This document shows, piece after piece, positions 27,571-40,359 of a stretch of DNA of 64,000 bases (positions are counted from its first letter, which is position 1; each line of letters opens with the position of its first letter). The stretch lies in contig OY762492.1 in assembly GCA_963665845.2 (NCBI GenBank), positions 3,392,001-3,456,000 on the forward strand, in the 5' to 3' direction. This DNA comes from Candidatus Poribacteria bacterium (GTDB lineage Bacteria > Poribacteria > WGA-4E > GCA-2687025). The notes beneath the pieces are model-generated. The model was not told the origin of the DNA. It saw only the letters and a program-made list of their open reading frames with translations, and made no database searches. A program made the position numbers and the translations under genes.

Positions 27571-29068
27571 GCATTTAAAGCGGATCGCCGCCGGCGCGGA
27601 CGCTTGGAACGCTTGGCGGCAAGAGAACCCCGCCGTTCAACCCGACCTGTCGAACGCCGATCTGCGGCGGATCGATCTGATAGGCGCCCATCTTCAGAAC
27701 GCCGAGATGCAAGGCGCCGACCTGAACGGCGAAACGATTGCGGACGCCGACCTGTCCGGCGCGAATCTAGAGAACGCAAACTTTGAACGCGCCGTACTTT
27801 CCATGTCCCTGATGAACGACGCGCGCCTCAAAGCCGCCAACTTCAGAGACGCGAATCTGCGCCAAATCGACCTGTCCGGCGCCCATCTGGAAGGCGCTGT
27901 TTTCCGCAGGGCGTCCCTAGACCAGGTCGGCTTTGAGAACGCGAATCTGACCGGCGCCTTCTTTTTCGGGGCGCGGTTTCGATATGCGCGGTTTTCAAAC
28001 GCCGTTCTGCGCGACGCCAACCTGTTTCAGACGCGCCTCGCCAACGCGCCGTTTTCGGACGCGGAGCTGATTGGGGCGAATTTGCGCAATGCCGACCTGA
28101 CCGGCGCCGATTTTTCGCGGGCGGTTCTGCGCGGAGCCGACATCAGCGGCGCCGACCTGACCAACGCGATCCTCGCCGAAGCGGACCTGCGCGGAGCCGA
28201 AGCGGAGGGAGTCGTTTTGAACGGCGCGAACCTGCAGAACGCGCGGCTTGAGCGCGCCCGCCTCTCGTCCGCCCGCTTGGAACGCGCCGACTTGTCGAAC
28301 GCAGGGCTGGCGGACGCGAACCTTGCCGGCGCCGTCCTTGAAAAAACGATCTTGACCGGCGCGACGATGCGCGCCGCAAATCTGGAGAAGGCGCGCCTCC
28401 AGGACGCGCAGATATACGGCGCGGCGATGTGGGGCTTGCGCGGCAGCCCCGCCGCCGAGGAGCGGTTGATCTTGACGCCGGCGGACGGGCCGCTGGTGAG
28501 CGTGGACGGGCTGCCGCTGGCGCAGTTCATCTATTTTTTACTTCACACCCCCGACGCGCAGAATTTTATCCAGTCGGCGTCGCTCAAAACGGCGCTGATA
28601 TGCGGCAGGTTCAGCGAGCATTCGCAGCCGTTCTTGGCGGCGGCGCGGGCGGCGCTTCAAGAACGCGGGCTGCATCCGATCATGTTCGATATGCGCGGAC
28701 CGACGATACGCGCCTTAGGGGGCGGATTTTTAAATCTGGCGCGTATGTCGGCTCTCACGGCGGTCGATATGACCGGCATCTCAACGCTGCCGGAGCCGAT
28801 GGCCGCGGCGGTCGAAGAAGGCGCGCTCATGCAGCCGGTCGTGGATAAAAGCCGCTGGACAGAATGGCGCGAAATGCCCCAACTGCGCGCCCGCTTCCGC
28901 AACGCGCTCCCGACCCGCGCTTACGATTCGTCTAAGCCCAAACCGGACGCCTCCTTTTTAGGCGACTCGCTTCGGCGAACGACCGCGGCGGCGCCTATAG
29001 ACGCGACTTCAGCCGACCCCAAGAGAGCGCCATCCGCCCCTGCGGATTCACCGACAGGAACTGCCTGA
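27557..29068 (+). CDS. Pentapeptide-repeat protein with a C-terminal alpha/beta (TIR/NDT-like) domain
   Basis: MANPEHL..WNAWR leader and a long run of A(D/N)Lxx repeats. The C-terminal part contains ALICGRF..PIMFD..LARMS. Confidence 0.88.
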   Translation: MANPEHLKRIAAGADAWNAWRQENPAVQPDLSNADLRRIDLIGAHLQNAEMQGADLNGETIADADLSGANLENANFERAVLSMSLMNDARLKAANFRDANLRQIDLSGAHLEGAVFRRASLDQVGFENANLTGAFFFGARFRYARFSNAVLRDANLFQTRLANAPFSDAELIGANLRNADLTGADFSRAVLRGADISGADLTNAILAEADLRGAEAEGVVLNGANLQNARLERARLSSARLERADLSNAGLADANLAGAVLEKTILTGATMRAANLEKARLQDAQIYGAAMWGLRGSPAAEERLILTPADGPLVSVDGLPLAQFIYFLLHTPDAQNFIQSASLKTALICGRFSEHSQPFLAAARAALQERGLHPIMFDMRGPTIRALGGGFLNLARMSALTAVDMTGISTLPEPMAAAVEEGALMQPVVDKSRWTEWREMPQLRARFRNALPTRAYDSSKPKPDASFLGDSLRRTTAAAPIDATSADPKRAPSAPADSPTGTA

Positions 29069-29765
29069 TTCCCGACTCGGCTAGATCGGCAATCTCCGCG
29101 TCTTCCAAGACGACGTTCCAGATGGAGATTTCGTCCAGCGCGCCTTTCCACGCAAAGCCGCGGTTCGCGTCCAGCTCGCCGATCCAGACGGGAGACGGGT
29201 CGGCGTTTGTCATCGGGTCGCCGTGGACATTGACCCCTTCCTCCTGTCCGTCCAGGAGCAGGCGCGTCGCCATGTCGCCGCCGTTCGCGTCAAAAAGATA
29301 CGCCAGATGGTACCATTTGCCGTTCTCAATGGCGGTCGGACCGATGATCTGCCCTTTTCCGTTGACGCGCGCGTGAATTTTCCCGCCTCCCCAGAGAAAA
29401 ATGTTGAAAGCGTCCCCGTTCTGATGCCCGATCCGCTTGGAGATTATCGACATGCCTTCCAGGTCGCCGACGCCCTCGCACTTGAACCAGGCGGCGATCG
29501 TGAACGCTTCTAGCCCCGCCAGTTTGTCGGCATGCTCAATCTCGATCAGGTTCTGGTTGTTGCCGTCAAAATCGATGGCTTTTCCAATTCTTCCTGTTGT
29601 GGAACCCAAGGCTCCTTTCACCGCCATGGCGGTCGGATTTTCCGAGATGTCTTCAGGGCTGTCGGCGTTTTCCATGAGCAGCCCTAACGCTAAGTTCTCT
29701 ATTTCTGCGGCATGGGCGCAGATCGTCAGCGCCGCCGCGATGAACATTGCCGCCGCATTTCTCAT
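28995..29765 (-). CDS. Secreted LamG/concanavalin-A-like domain protein
   Basis: Signal peptide, GRIGKAIDFDG, FTIAAW, WYHLA and GALDEISIWN. C-terminal tail VNPQGRMALSWGRLK. Confidence 0.88.
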   Translation of the reverse strand: MRNAAAMFIAAALTICAHAAEIENLALGLLMENADSPEDISENPTAMAVKGALGSTTGRIGKAIDFDGNNQNLIEIEHADKLAGLEAFTIAAWFKCEGVGDLEGMSIISKRIGHQNGDAFNIFLWGGGKIHARVNGKGQIIGPTAIENGKWYHLAYLFDANGGDMATRLLLDGQEEGVNVHGDPMTNADPSPVWIGELDANRGFAWKGALDEISIWNVVLEDAEIADLAESGIRQFLSVNPQGRMALSWGRLKSRL

Positions 29766-29859
29766 TTAAGTACGCTCCTTTCAACGTCAAACGCGGTGCG
29801 AGGCGGCGCTTGAGTCCGCGGACCGCGCGCCGCCTTCTGGATTCGTTTCAGCGGTTCGG

Positions 29860-30630
29860 CTAGCGCGTCCACTTCAGCCGACCCCAAGAGAGCGCGAGAC
29901 GCCCCTTTGGATCAACGGATGTGAACTGGTTGAGGCCGTTGTCCGCCACATTGGCGATTTCGCCTTCTGTCAAGGCGCCGTTCCAGATGGAGACCTCGTC
30001 GATGGCGCCTTTCCATGCGAAGCCGCGGTTCGCGTCCAGTTCGCCGATCCAGATAGGAGACGGGTCGGCGTTTGTCGCCGCGTCGCCGTGCGCGCCGGCG
30101 CCTTCTTGCTTTCCGTTTATGAAGAGGCGCACCGCCGCGTCCCCGCCGCTTGCGTCAAACACATGGGCGAGATGGTACCATGTTCCGTTTTCAACGGCGG
30201 TGGAGCTGATCAGCTGCCCCTTTCCGTTGACGCGCGCGTGGATTTTTCCGCCCGCCCAGAGAAAGATGTTGAAGGCGTCCCCGTTTTGATGCGCGACCCG
30301 CTTGGAGATGATCGACATGCCTTCCAGCTCGCCGATGCCCTCGCATTTGAACCACGCGGTGATCGTGAACGCTTCTAAGCCTGCCAATTTGTCGGCATGT
30401 TCAACCTCAACCACGTTCGCGTTGTCGCCGTCAAACTGGATCGCTTTGCCAAATTTGCCTGCGGCGGAGGCAAGCGTTCCGTTCACCTTCACCGCGGTTG
30501 GATTTTCTGAAATGTCCGTCGGGCTGGCGGAGTTTTCCATGAGCAAAGTCAGAACCAGCTCCGCTGCGTCGGCGGATTGAATGCCGAACGCCAGGGCGGA
30601 CATGACGCATATTGCCATCGCTTTTTTCAT
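29860..30630 (-). CDS. Secreted LamG/concanavalin-A-like domain protein (paralog)
   Basis: Close paralog of the adjacent gene. Tail VDPKGRLALSWGRLK. The likely start is MKKAMA at 30630. Confidence 0.88.
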   Translation of the reverse strand: MKKAMAICVMSALAFGIQSADAAELVLTLLMENSASPTDISENPTAVKVNGTLASAAGKFGKAIQFDGDNANVVEVEHADKLAGLEAFTITAWFKCEGIGELEGMSIISKRVAHQNGDAFNIFLWAGGKIHARVNGKGQLISSTAVENGTWYHLAHVFDASGGDAAVRLFINGKQEGAGAHGDAATNADPSPIWIGELDANRGFAWKGAIDEVSIWNGALTEGEIANVADNGLNQFTSVDPKGRLALSWGRLKWTR

Positions 30631-30726
30631 CAAACGCTCCCTTGACATAAAGATAGGAATCGAACATCATGCCGAGTATAAACGCAATGAAACGGGAACG
30701 CAAGAGCAATTTGCTAAGGAAGGTTG

Positions 30727-31559
30727 ATGATGAAACAGCGCGCGATCCTATGCGCCGTTTTCTTTGGGATGGCGGCGCCCGCATTCGCTATCGAATTCAC
30801 CCTCGCATTTTTGACGGGCGGGGACGGGCTGGCTGACGAAGTCGCGGAAGCGGCGTTTGAGTGGGCGTCGGCCGATCTGGGCGCCGCGCATCTGACCGCG
30901 GACGGCAACGGCGGATTCACCCAGAACGGCGCCGCGCGGCCGCTGGATCAATACGCGGTCGTCTGGATACACCACTCCGCATCAAACACGACGCCGGCGG
31001 AGATCGTCTCGGACAACACGATGGACGCGGCGATGAATTATCTGGAGGCGGGCGGGTCTCTGTTTTTGTCGGCGCAGGCGGTTCGTTATGTGAACGACCT
31101 GGGCGTGGAAACGAACGGCAACCTGCGCGTTTTTCAGCCGCTAGGCAAAGGGCCGCCGGAGATCGGCGTCCGTCCCGCCGACGGCGAAGAGAACCATCCC
31201 ATTTTCAGCGGCTTTGACGCCGCGGAGCCGATTTTTCTATGCAGCATGGACCAGCCGGGCTTCACCGCCGATTTTCACGGACGGCCCGCCTTGGACGGAA
31301 AAGTGATCGGTACGAAAACGCGCGGCGGAGGAGGCGGAGGAGGCGAACGCCCGATCGTCGAATACAAGGTCGGGGAGGGGCTTATCTTGACGCTCGGACA
31401 TCACAACGCCGTTTATTCGGACGCCGACTCGGACGAAGGCGGGAACCTGCGTCAACTGACCGTCAACATTCTCGCCTACCTGGCTGAAAACTCCGCCTTC
31501 TTTTCGGTGGAGCCGCGCGGGAAGTTGAGCCTCGTTTGGGGGAAGCTCAAGTCGGAAGG

Positions 31560-31563
<4 letters not shown>
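30727..31563 (+). CDS. Secreted protein (DUF4960/GATase-like fold) with the conserved C-terminal tail
   Basis: Signal peptide, YAVVWIH, YLEAGGSLFL, HPIF and GNLRQLTVNILAYL. Tail VEPRGKLSLVWGKLK. Confidence 0.7.
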
Positions 31564-34292
<2,729 letters not shown>

Positions 34293-34317
34293 ATCATCCG
34301 CTCCTTTGCTCATCCAT

Positions 34318-34599
34318 CTACAATGTTAACGCCAACTCGCGCAACGCGCTCAAGGCGCGCCTTGTCTTTAATGAGTCCGCCGCCGCGTCCAGACGCAGCG
34401 CGCGGCTCAAGTTCTTCCCGGTCAAACCGCGCTCCATGCATGCCGCCTCTGCGCACACATAAGCGCCGCGCCCGCCGCCGGTTCCCGACGCATCCAGAAA
34501 CGGAACGCCCGACCCCGAACGACCGACGCGAACCAGACGGCTCTTCTCAAAACGCCCCCGGCAACCGAGGCACATGCGCGTCGGAAAACGGCGGGTCAA
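34318..34599 (-). CDS. ylxR: YlxR/RnpM family RNA-binding protein
   Basis: PTRMCLGCR and GRGAYVC motifs, located between nusA and infB. Confidence 0.9.
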   Translation of the reverse strand: MTRRFPTRMCLGCRGRFEKSRLVRVGRSGSGVPFLDASGTGGGRGAYVCAEAACMERGLTGKNLSRALRLDAAADSLKTRRALSALRELALTL

Positions 34600-35960
34600 G
34601 GCGACTCCTCCGCGTTCAACGCCAAACGCGCCGTTTCAACCATCTTCTCCGTCGTCTTCACGCCGAGCTTCAACAGTTCCGACAGCCGTTCAGGGTCCGC
34701 CTCCGCCAGATCCGCAATCGAGTCGTAACCATGCTCCTTCAACATCTGCGCGATCTTCGGCGCCATGCCGGGCAGCTCCTCCACCGAAAGACCGGTCGGC
34801 GGTTCTGCGGGCGCGCTTTCTGCCGTTTCCGCTTCCTCCGCCTCCTCCTCGTCCGATTTGAACAGGTCGATTGCTTGCGAACGCGCCTCCGCCCCCGCTT
34901 CCCATTCGCCGACGATGTCGATATGCCAACCGGTGAGGTCGCTGGCGAGGCGCGCGTTCTGTCCGCGCCGTCCAATCGCCAGCGACAGCTGATCGTCCGG
35001 CACCACCACAATCGCGACAGGCTCCCCGTTCTCATCCTCCTCCAGCGTCACGTTGGTGATGTCCTTAACGGGGCTAAGCGCGTTCGCAATGAATCGGCGC
35101 GGGTCTGGATCCCACTCGATCACATCGATGCGTTCGCCGTTCAGCTCCTGCATGACCATCTGAACGCGGGAGCCGCGCACGCCGACGCATGTGCCGACCG
35201 GGTCGATTCCGCTTTCGCGGCTGGACGCGGCGATCTTGGAGCGTTCGCCAGGGTCGCGCGCGACCGCTTCCACCAGCACCAGTCCGTCCGCAATCTCCGG
35301 CACCTCCTGCTCAAACAGCCGTATCAGCAGCACCGGATGGGCGCGGGACAGCACGACCGACGCTCTTGGGCGCCGCCCCTGCCGCTCCATGTCCTCTGGA
35401 TCGACCACATCGACGATGAGAGAGCGGATGCGGTTGCCGCGCTCATAACGTTCATTGCGCAGCCGTTCCGCCGCCGGAAGAACCGCCTCGGCGCCTTCGA
35501 TTTCAACAATCACATCGCGGTAATGCTCCTGCTGAACGACGCCGGAGACGATCTCTTCGATGCGGTCTTTGTAAAGCGCATACACATTGGCGCGTTCGGC
35601 GTCTTTGATTTTTTGAACAAGCATTTGCCGCGCCAGCTGCGCCTCAATGCGCCCAAAGTCGCGCGTTTTGACGGGAACCTGTATGACCTGTCCGACGCGC
35701 GCTTCAGGGTCTATTTTTTGCGCTTCGTCAACCGGTATTTCGGAGGCGAAGGAGCGCATGATCTCCACGACGCGCTTCGGGGCGGACATGCGTATTTCGC
35801 CGGTGGAGTCGTTGAACTGCACGCTTACGGAGGCTTCCGCGCCAAACCGCCGGCGCGCCGCCTGAAGCAGCGCTTCCTCAATCGCCTCCACAAGGATATT
35901 TTTCGGCAACCCTTTTTGACTCAATATCTGCTGCATGCTTTGAAGCAGGCTCTGGTTCAT
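34596..35960 (-). CDS. nusA: Transcription termination/antitermination factor NusA
   Basis: FGRIEAQ, LFEQEVPEI, ARDPGERSK, CVGVRGSR and SLAIGRRGQNARLA, plus a C-terminal HhH region. Confidence 0.98.
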   Translation of the reverse strand: MNQSLLQSMQQILSQKGLPKNILVEAIEEALLQAARRRFGAEASVSVQFNDSTGEIRMSAPKRVVEIMRSFASEIPVDEAQKIDPEARVGQVIQVPVKTRDFGRIEAQLARQMLVQKIKDAERANVYALYKDRIEEIVSGVVQQEHYRDVIVEIEGAEAVLPAAERLRNERYERGNRIRSLIVDVVDPEDMERQGRRPRASVVLSRAHPVLLIRLFEQEVPEIADGLVLVEAVARDPGERSKIAASSRESGIDPVGTCVGVRGSRVQMVMQELNGERIDVIEWDPDPRRFIANALSPVKDITNVTLEEDENGEPVAIVVVPDDQLSLAIGRRGQNARLASDLTGWHIDIVGEWEAGAEARSQAIDLFKSDEEEAEEAETAESAPAEPPTGLSVEELPGMAPKIAQMLKEHGYDSIADLAEADPERLSELLKLGVKTTEKMVETARLALNAEESP

Positions 35961-36177
35961 CGCTCTTGACCTCACTCTTAACGCCTATGCCGCGGCGTAC
36001 GGCAAAATACAGCCGTTAGGGCGCGCCGTTTTGACGCAGACCTACTCCGCGCTGCCTTTTACATGTTAACGCAAATCGGCGGCGGCGCCAAGCAAACAAC
36101 CAACCAACATGCCTTTAATTCGCTAAAACGCTATCATAAGAGCGGAAAAAGACGCCGCGGAACATGAAAGGACGCCC

Positions 36178-37251
36178 ATGAGCGAACAGAAACGGCTACT
36201 CACCGGCGACCGGCCGACAGGGAAAATGCATCTCGGACATTATGTCGGGTCGCTCGAAAACAGGGTACGGCTTCAGGATCAATACGAATGCTACATCTTC
36301 GTCGCCGACCTGCACATGCTCACCACCAAGCCGCAGAAGGAGCATATCGACGCCTTGCGCGACAATGTGCGGGAGGTTGTCCTTGGGAACCTAAGCGCAG
36401 GGCTTGATCCTGAACGAATCACATTTTATCTGCAGTCGGCGATCCGCCCCGTTTATGAGATGAACCTGATCTTCGAAATGCTGGTAACCTTGCCGCGCCT
36501 GACGAGACTGCCGAGCATCAAGGACATGGCGCAAGGCGCGCAGATCGATGAGGAGGCGGTTCCGTTCGGGCTGATCGGATACCCGGTGCTGCAGGCGGCG
36601 GACATCCTCATGCCGAGGGCGCATATCGTTCCGGTCGGGCAGGACAACAAGGCGCATGTGGAGATCACGCGCGAAATCGCCCGGCGGTTCAACCGTTACT
36701 ACGGCGACGTGTTTCCGATACCGGAAGCGATGATCGGCGACGTTCCAACGCTGGTCGGCATCGACGGACATGCGAAAATGAGCAAGAGCCGCGGCAACGC
36801 GATCTATCTGAACGACGATCCGAAGACCGTTGAAAAGAAGGTGCGCGGAATGTTCACCGACCCGAACCGCATCCGCGCCGACATCCCAGGGCGCGTTGAG
36901 GGAAACCCTGTCTTCATCTTCCATGACGCCTTCAACCCGAACCGCGAAGAGGTGGACGACCTGAAGCGGCGCTACCGCGAAGGGAAAGTGGGCGATGTGG
37001 AGGTGAAGCAGAAGCTGACGATCGCCGTCAACAACTTCCTCGACCCGATACGGGAGCGGCGGCGGCGGTATGAAGAGGACAAGGGGTATGTGGAACATCT
37101 GCTGTATGAAGGCTCGCGCAAGATGACCATTTTTGCGGAAGAGACGGCGTCGCAGATGCGAAAGGCGATGGGGTTGGCGGGCGTATGGAACCGCATCTCC
37201 CGCCGGGCGCGCGACCGCGAGAAACGGCTGGCGCGGCAAAACGAAGCGTAA
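36178..37251 (+). CDS. trpS: Tryptophan--tRNA ligase
   Basis: [28 protein letters not shown] and KMSKS. Confidence 0.97.
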   Translation: MSEQKRLLTGDRPTGKMHLGHYVGSLENRVRLQDQYECYIFVADLHMLTTKPQKEHIDALRDNVREVVLGNLSAGLDPERITFYLQSAIRPVYEMNLIFEMLVTLPRLTRLPSIKDMAQGAQIDEEAVPFGLIGYPVLQAADILMPRAHIVPVGQDNKAHVEITREIARRFNRYYGDVFPIPEAMIGDVPTLVGIDGHAKMSKSRGNAIYLNDDPKTVEKKVRGMFTDPNRIRADIPGRVEGNPVFIFHDAFNPNREEVDDLKRRYREGKVGDVEVKQKLTIAVNNFLDPIRERRRRYEEDKGYVEHLLYEGSRKMTIFAEETASQMRKAMGLAGVWNRISRRARDREKRLARQNEA

Positions 37252-37293
37252 ATTGAAAAGATCGCGGCGTTTGCTTCGTTAATAGCGGTAAAG

Positions 37294-37449
37294 GCGACCA
37301 TGAGGCTTAAGTTGGAACCGTTGACGAACGTGGTTTTCTATTTACGGAAAAGGTTTTGCCAACCAAATCGTCATTCCCGCGCAAGCGGGAATCCAGAGGC
37401 GTCGCAGAAACCGTCCGCCGACATGTCCCAACTAAAGCCGTAAGGTCAG
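37294..37449. repeat. MITE-like unit: inverted terminal motifs around a dRS3-like palindrome
   Basis: The left end GACCATGAGGCTTAAGTTGGAAC is an imperfect inverted copy of the right end GTCCCAACTAAAGCCGTAAGGTC. The centre holds GTCATTCCCGCGCAAGCGGGAATC. Confidence 0.65.
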
Positions 37450-37480
37450 CTAGAAACGTTGAAAGGACGGCGCCGTTCAG

Positions 37481-38347
37481 ATGAAGACGCATTCGCTTGG
37501 CAAAATGTTCCATGGCGCAGAGCCGATCGTCGCCTGCGAAGACAACATGGCGTTCATGGAGAAGCTGGGCGATGAGACGATGTCGCTTATAGTTACCTCG
37601 CCGCCGTATAATCTCGGCAAGGCGTACGAGGGTCGCCGCTCGTCGCTGGAGGAGTGGCTTGAAGGTCAAAAGCGGGTCGTTGCCGAATGCGTTCGTCTTT
37701 TGCGGACGGACGGCTCCATCTGCTGGCAGGTCGGCAACTGCGTTGAAAAAGGCGCCGTCATCCCGCTGGACGCGCTGCTGTACCCTGTCTTTTTGGAGTT
37801 CGGGTTGAAGCTGCGCAACCGCATCGTCTGGCATTTTGGGCATGGGCTGCATTGTTCGCGCCGGCTGTCGGGGCGGTATGAAACGATCAACTGGTGGACG
37901 AAAACGGACGATTACGTGTGGAACTTAGACCCGATTCGCGTCCCGTCCAAATACCCTAACAAGCGGCATTTCAAAGGACCGAAGATCGGGCAGCTTTCAG
38001 GAAATCCAAAAGGGAAAAACCCAAGCGACGTTTGGGAGATACCGAATGTCAAAAGCAACCATCCTGAAAAAACGAATCATCCGTGCCAGTTTCCGGTGGA
38101 GCTGGCGGAGCGGCTGGTCTTGTCGATGACGAATGAGGACGGCGCCGTGTTCGATCCGTATATGGGCGTCGGGTCGACAATCATCGCGGCGCTGAAACAT
38201 GGGCGCATGGCGTACGGGTGCGACATCGTCCCCGAATATGTGGAGACGGCGCGGGAACGCATCGCCCAATATTACGCGGGGACGTTGAAAACGAGACCGA
38301 TGGGGAAACCGATTTACGACCCGACGAAGCCGAAAGGCGGGCATTAA
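37481..38347 (+). CDS. Beta-class DNA methyltransferase (probably N4-cytosine), type II RM
   Basis: TSPPY precedes DPYMGVGS; HPCQFP motif. Overlaps the restriction endonuclease start (TAATG). Confidence 0.93.
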   Translation: MKTHSLGKMFHGAEPIVACEDNMAFMEKLGDETMSLIVTSPPYNLGKAYEGRRSSLEEWLEGQKRVVAECVRLLRTDGSICWQVGNCVEKGAVIPLDALLYPVFLEFGLKLRNRIVWHFGHGLHCSRRLSGRYETINWWTKTDDYVWNLDPIRVPSKYPNKRHFKGPKIGQLSGNPKGKNPSDVWEIPNVKSNHPEKTNHPCQFPVELAERLVLSMTNEDGAVFDPYMGVGSTIIAALKHGRMAYGCDIVPEYVETARERIAQYYAGTLKTRPMGKPIYDPTKPKGGH

Positions 38348-38958
38348 TGAAAATCGGGGCGTCTTATTCTCATCTGAACGGCGTCGAATATCTTCTTGTT
38401 CACCACGAGGATTTGTGGAAAGAGGTACTGGCTGTGATTGCCGATGTGGACGCATCCGCCTGTCGAACTAAAATCTCTAAAGAAAAAACGATGAAGGGCA
38501 AATTGCTGTATTCGCCTGAAGACATGAACGCGGCTTTCAAACAGGGTTTTGTTTCTAAAGGATGGAAGCAGCGCAGAAACACGTTCTGGGTTACGGCAGA
38601 CGAAAAACTCATGCGGGGAGTCTACAGCCTTCCGCCGGAAGAGCAGAAGCGCGCCATTATAGAGGCCGGACATGATCCGATTATGTCCTATAACCAAACC
38701 GATTTTGTCAAAGACCGCGTCGCCATCGAAGTTCAATTTGGGAAATACGCTTTTGTAGCGCACGATCTTTTTGTAAAACATTTGAGTTTTTATGTGTCCG
38801 ACATGATTGATGTCGGCATCGAAATTCTGCCAATGAAAGAGCTGGAGCGGGAAATGTCCTCAGGGGTGCCTTATTACGAAAGAGACCTGTTGAATGTGTT
38901 GCGTCAAGGCCGCGGAGTTCCTGCGGTGCCGTTGGTTCTTATTGGAGTGACGCCTTAA
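38347..38958 (+). CDS. BglII/BstYI-family type II restriction endonuclease
   Basis: YSHLNGVEYL, NQTDFVKDRVAIEVQFGKY (D..ExQ catalytic motif) and EILPMKEL..MSSGV. Confidence 0.9.
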   Translation: MKIGASYSHLNGVEYLLVHHEDLWKEVLAVIADVDASACRTKISKEKTMKGKLLYSPEDMNAAFKQGFVSKGWKQRRNTFWVTADEKLMRGVYSLPPEEQKRAIIEAGHDPIMSYNQTDFVKDRVAIEVQFGKYAFVAHDLFVKHLSFYVSDMIDVGIEILPMKELEREMSSGVPYYERDLLNVLRQGRGVPAVPLVLIGVTP

Positions 38959-38998
38959 ACATGAAACGTCTGAATCGAGCGGAGGAAAAGAGAGCCGC

Positions 38999-39547
38999 AT
39001 GCTTGACCTAAACGCCCCCGGCCGCCTGTTCCATTTCAGCGGCGATCCGCGCATACGAATCTTCAACCCCAGGGAGAGCCATCGGACGCCGAAGCCCGCC
39101 GTCTGGGCGATCCATGAGCCGTATGCGTACCAGTATTTGTTTCCGCGCGGCTGCCCCCGCGTCACATACTGCGCGAACGCCTTGAGCGACCTCGCAGACA
39201 TAGAGCTGCATCTGAGCGGCGGAGAGGCGCCGGCGGTCGTCGCGTTTGAAACGGCATGGCTGGAGCGCATGCTGTCCGCGCGGCTGTATCGATATGAGCT
39301 GCCGTCCGAAACCTTTATCCCGCAAGACACATACGAAGGCTCCGTCACGGCGCGCGCCCTCGTTTCGTATGAGGCGGTAGAGCCTGTCGGCGTTGAGCCG
39401 ATGGAGAATCTGCTGGGGCGCCTGGGTCGGCTGGGCGTGGAGGCGCGGATGGTGCCGTCGCTGTGGAATCTGCGCGACCGCATACTCGCCTCGTCGCTTC
39501 CGTTTTCGTTTATACGCATGGGCAACGCAAAGCCGAGAGAGACATGA
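38999..39547 (+). CDS. Conserved hypothetical protein (DUF6886-like)
   Basis: LFHFSGDP.I..F.PR, VWAI, YLFPRGCPR and FSFIRM.NA motifs. Confidence 0.7.
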   Translation: MLDLNAPGRLFHFSGDPRIRIFNPRESHRTPKPAVWAIHEPYAYQYLFPRGCPRVTYCANALSDLADIELHLSGGEAPAVVAFETAWLERMLSARLYRYELPSETFIPQDTYEGSVTARALVSYEAVEPVGVEPMENLLGRLGRLGVEARMVPSLWNLRDRILASSLPFSFIRMGNAKPRET

Positions 39548-40359
39548 CCGCTCAACCGCAAAGCGCCAAGCTGGAAATCCGCGCGCCGCAGTTTCAGGGA
39601 CCGCTGGACCTGCTCCTGCTGCTCATTCAGAAGCGGGAGGTGGAGATTGAGGACCTGCCGATTGCGGACATCGCGGATCAGTATCTGAACTATCTGGACC
39701 TGATGCAGTCGCTCGACATCGACATCGCGTCCGAGTATCTTGTGATGGCGTCCACGCTGCTTTTTTTGAAGTCGCAGAGCGTCCTGCCGTCCGCGAATCA
39801 AGCGGCCGCCGAAAAGCATCCTGAAGCGCAGGAGCTGCTGCGCCAGCTGATACAGTATAAGCGTTTCAAAGAGGCGGCGCAGTATCTTGAAAAGGAGGAG
39901 AATCGACGGGCGAACGCGTTCACCCGTCCGCCCGATCCCGGCTATGAGCAGGGCGCCTCGAAGGAGTATCGTCTGCATGCCACCTTGTTTGATTTGATGG
40001 CGGCGTTTCAGCGGACGGTTGACCATCAAGCCGCGTTTGAGTTTTACGACGACTTCCAGGACGAACCGCTTGAAGAGGAAGCGGCGACCGTTGAAGAGAA
40101 GATATACGAGATACTGGATCGGCTGGAAGCGGAGGGCGCGTTGGAATTCGCCCAGCTGTTTTTGCCGCATATCGGCAAGCTTGAGCTGGTGTGCGTCTTT
40201 TTGGCGGTTCTGGAGCTGGCGCGCATGCAGCAGATCTTGGCGACGCAGGAGGAGCCGCTTGGACCGATACAGATAGAGTTGATACCCGACCGACCCGAAC
40301 TGCATACCTTTGAATTGAGCCGATATGATGACCAGCGACAGCCCCATAGTATCGATTGA
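39544..40359 (+). CDS. scpA: Segregation and condensation protein A
   Basis: FQGPLDLLL.LI, SEYLVMASTL..LKS and FLAVLEL. Confidence 0.95.
   Translation: MTAQPQSAKLEIRAPQFQGPLDLLLLLIQKREVEIEDLPIADIADQYLNYLDLMQSLDIDIASEYLVMASTLLFLKSQSVLPSANQAAAEKHPEAQELLRQLIQYKRFKEAAQYLEKEENRRANAFTRPPDPGYEQGASKEYRLHATLFDLMAAFQRTVDHQAAFEFYDDFQDEPLEEEAATVEEKIYEILDRLEAEGALEFAQLFLPHIGKLELVCVFLAVLELARMQQILATQEEPLGPIQIELIPDRPELHTFELSRYDDQRQPHSID

Noticed and set aside
37294-37449. Integron attC or Xer dif site
   Set aside because: The ends do not fit RYYYAAC/GTTRRRY or the dif consensus, and there is no integrase nearby.
38218-38346. N-terminal extension of the restriction endonuclease in the ORF track
   Set aside because: It lies inside the MTase in another frame; family similarity begins at the ATG at 38347.
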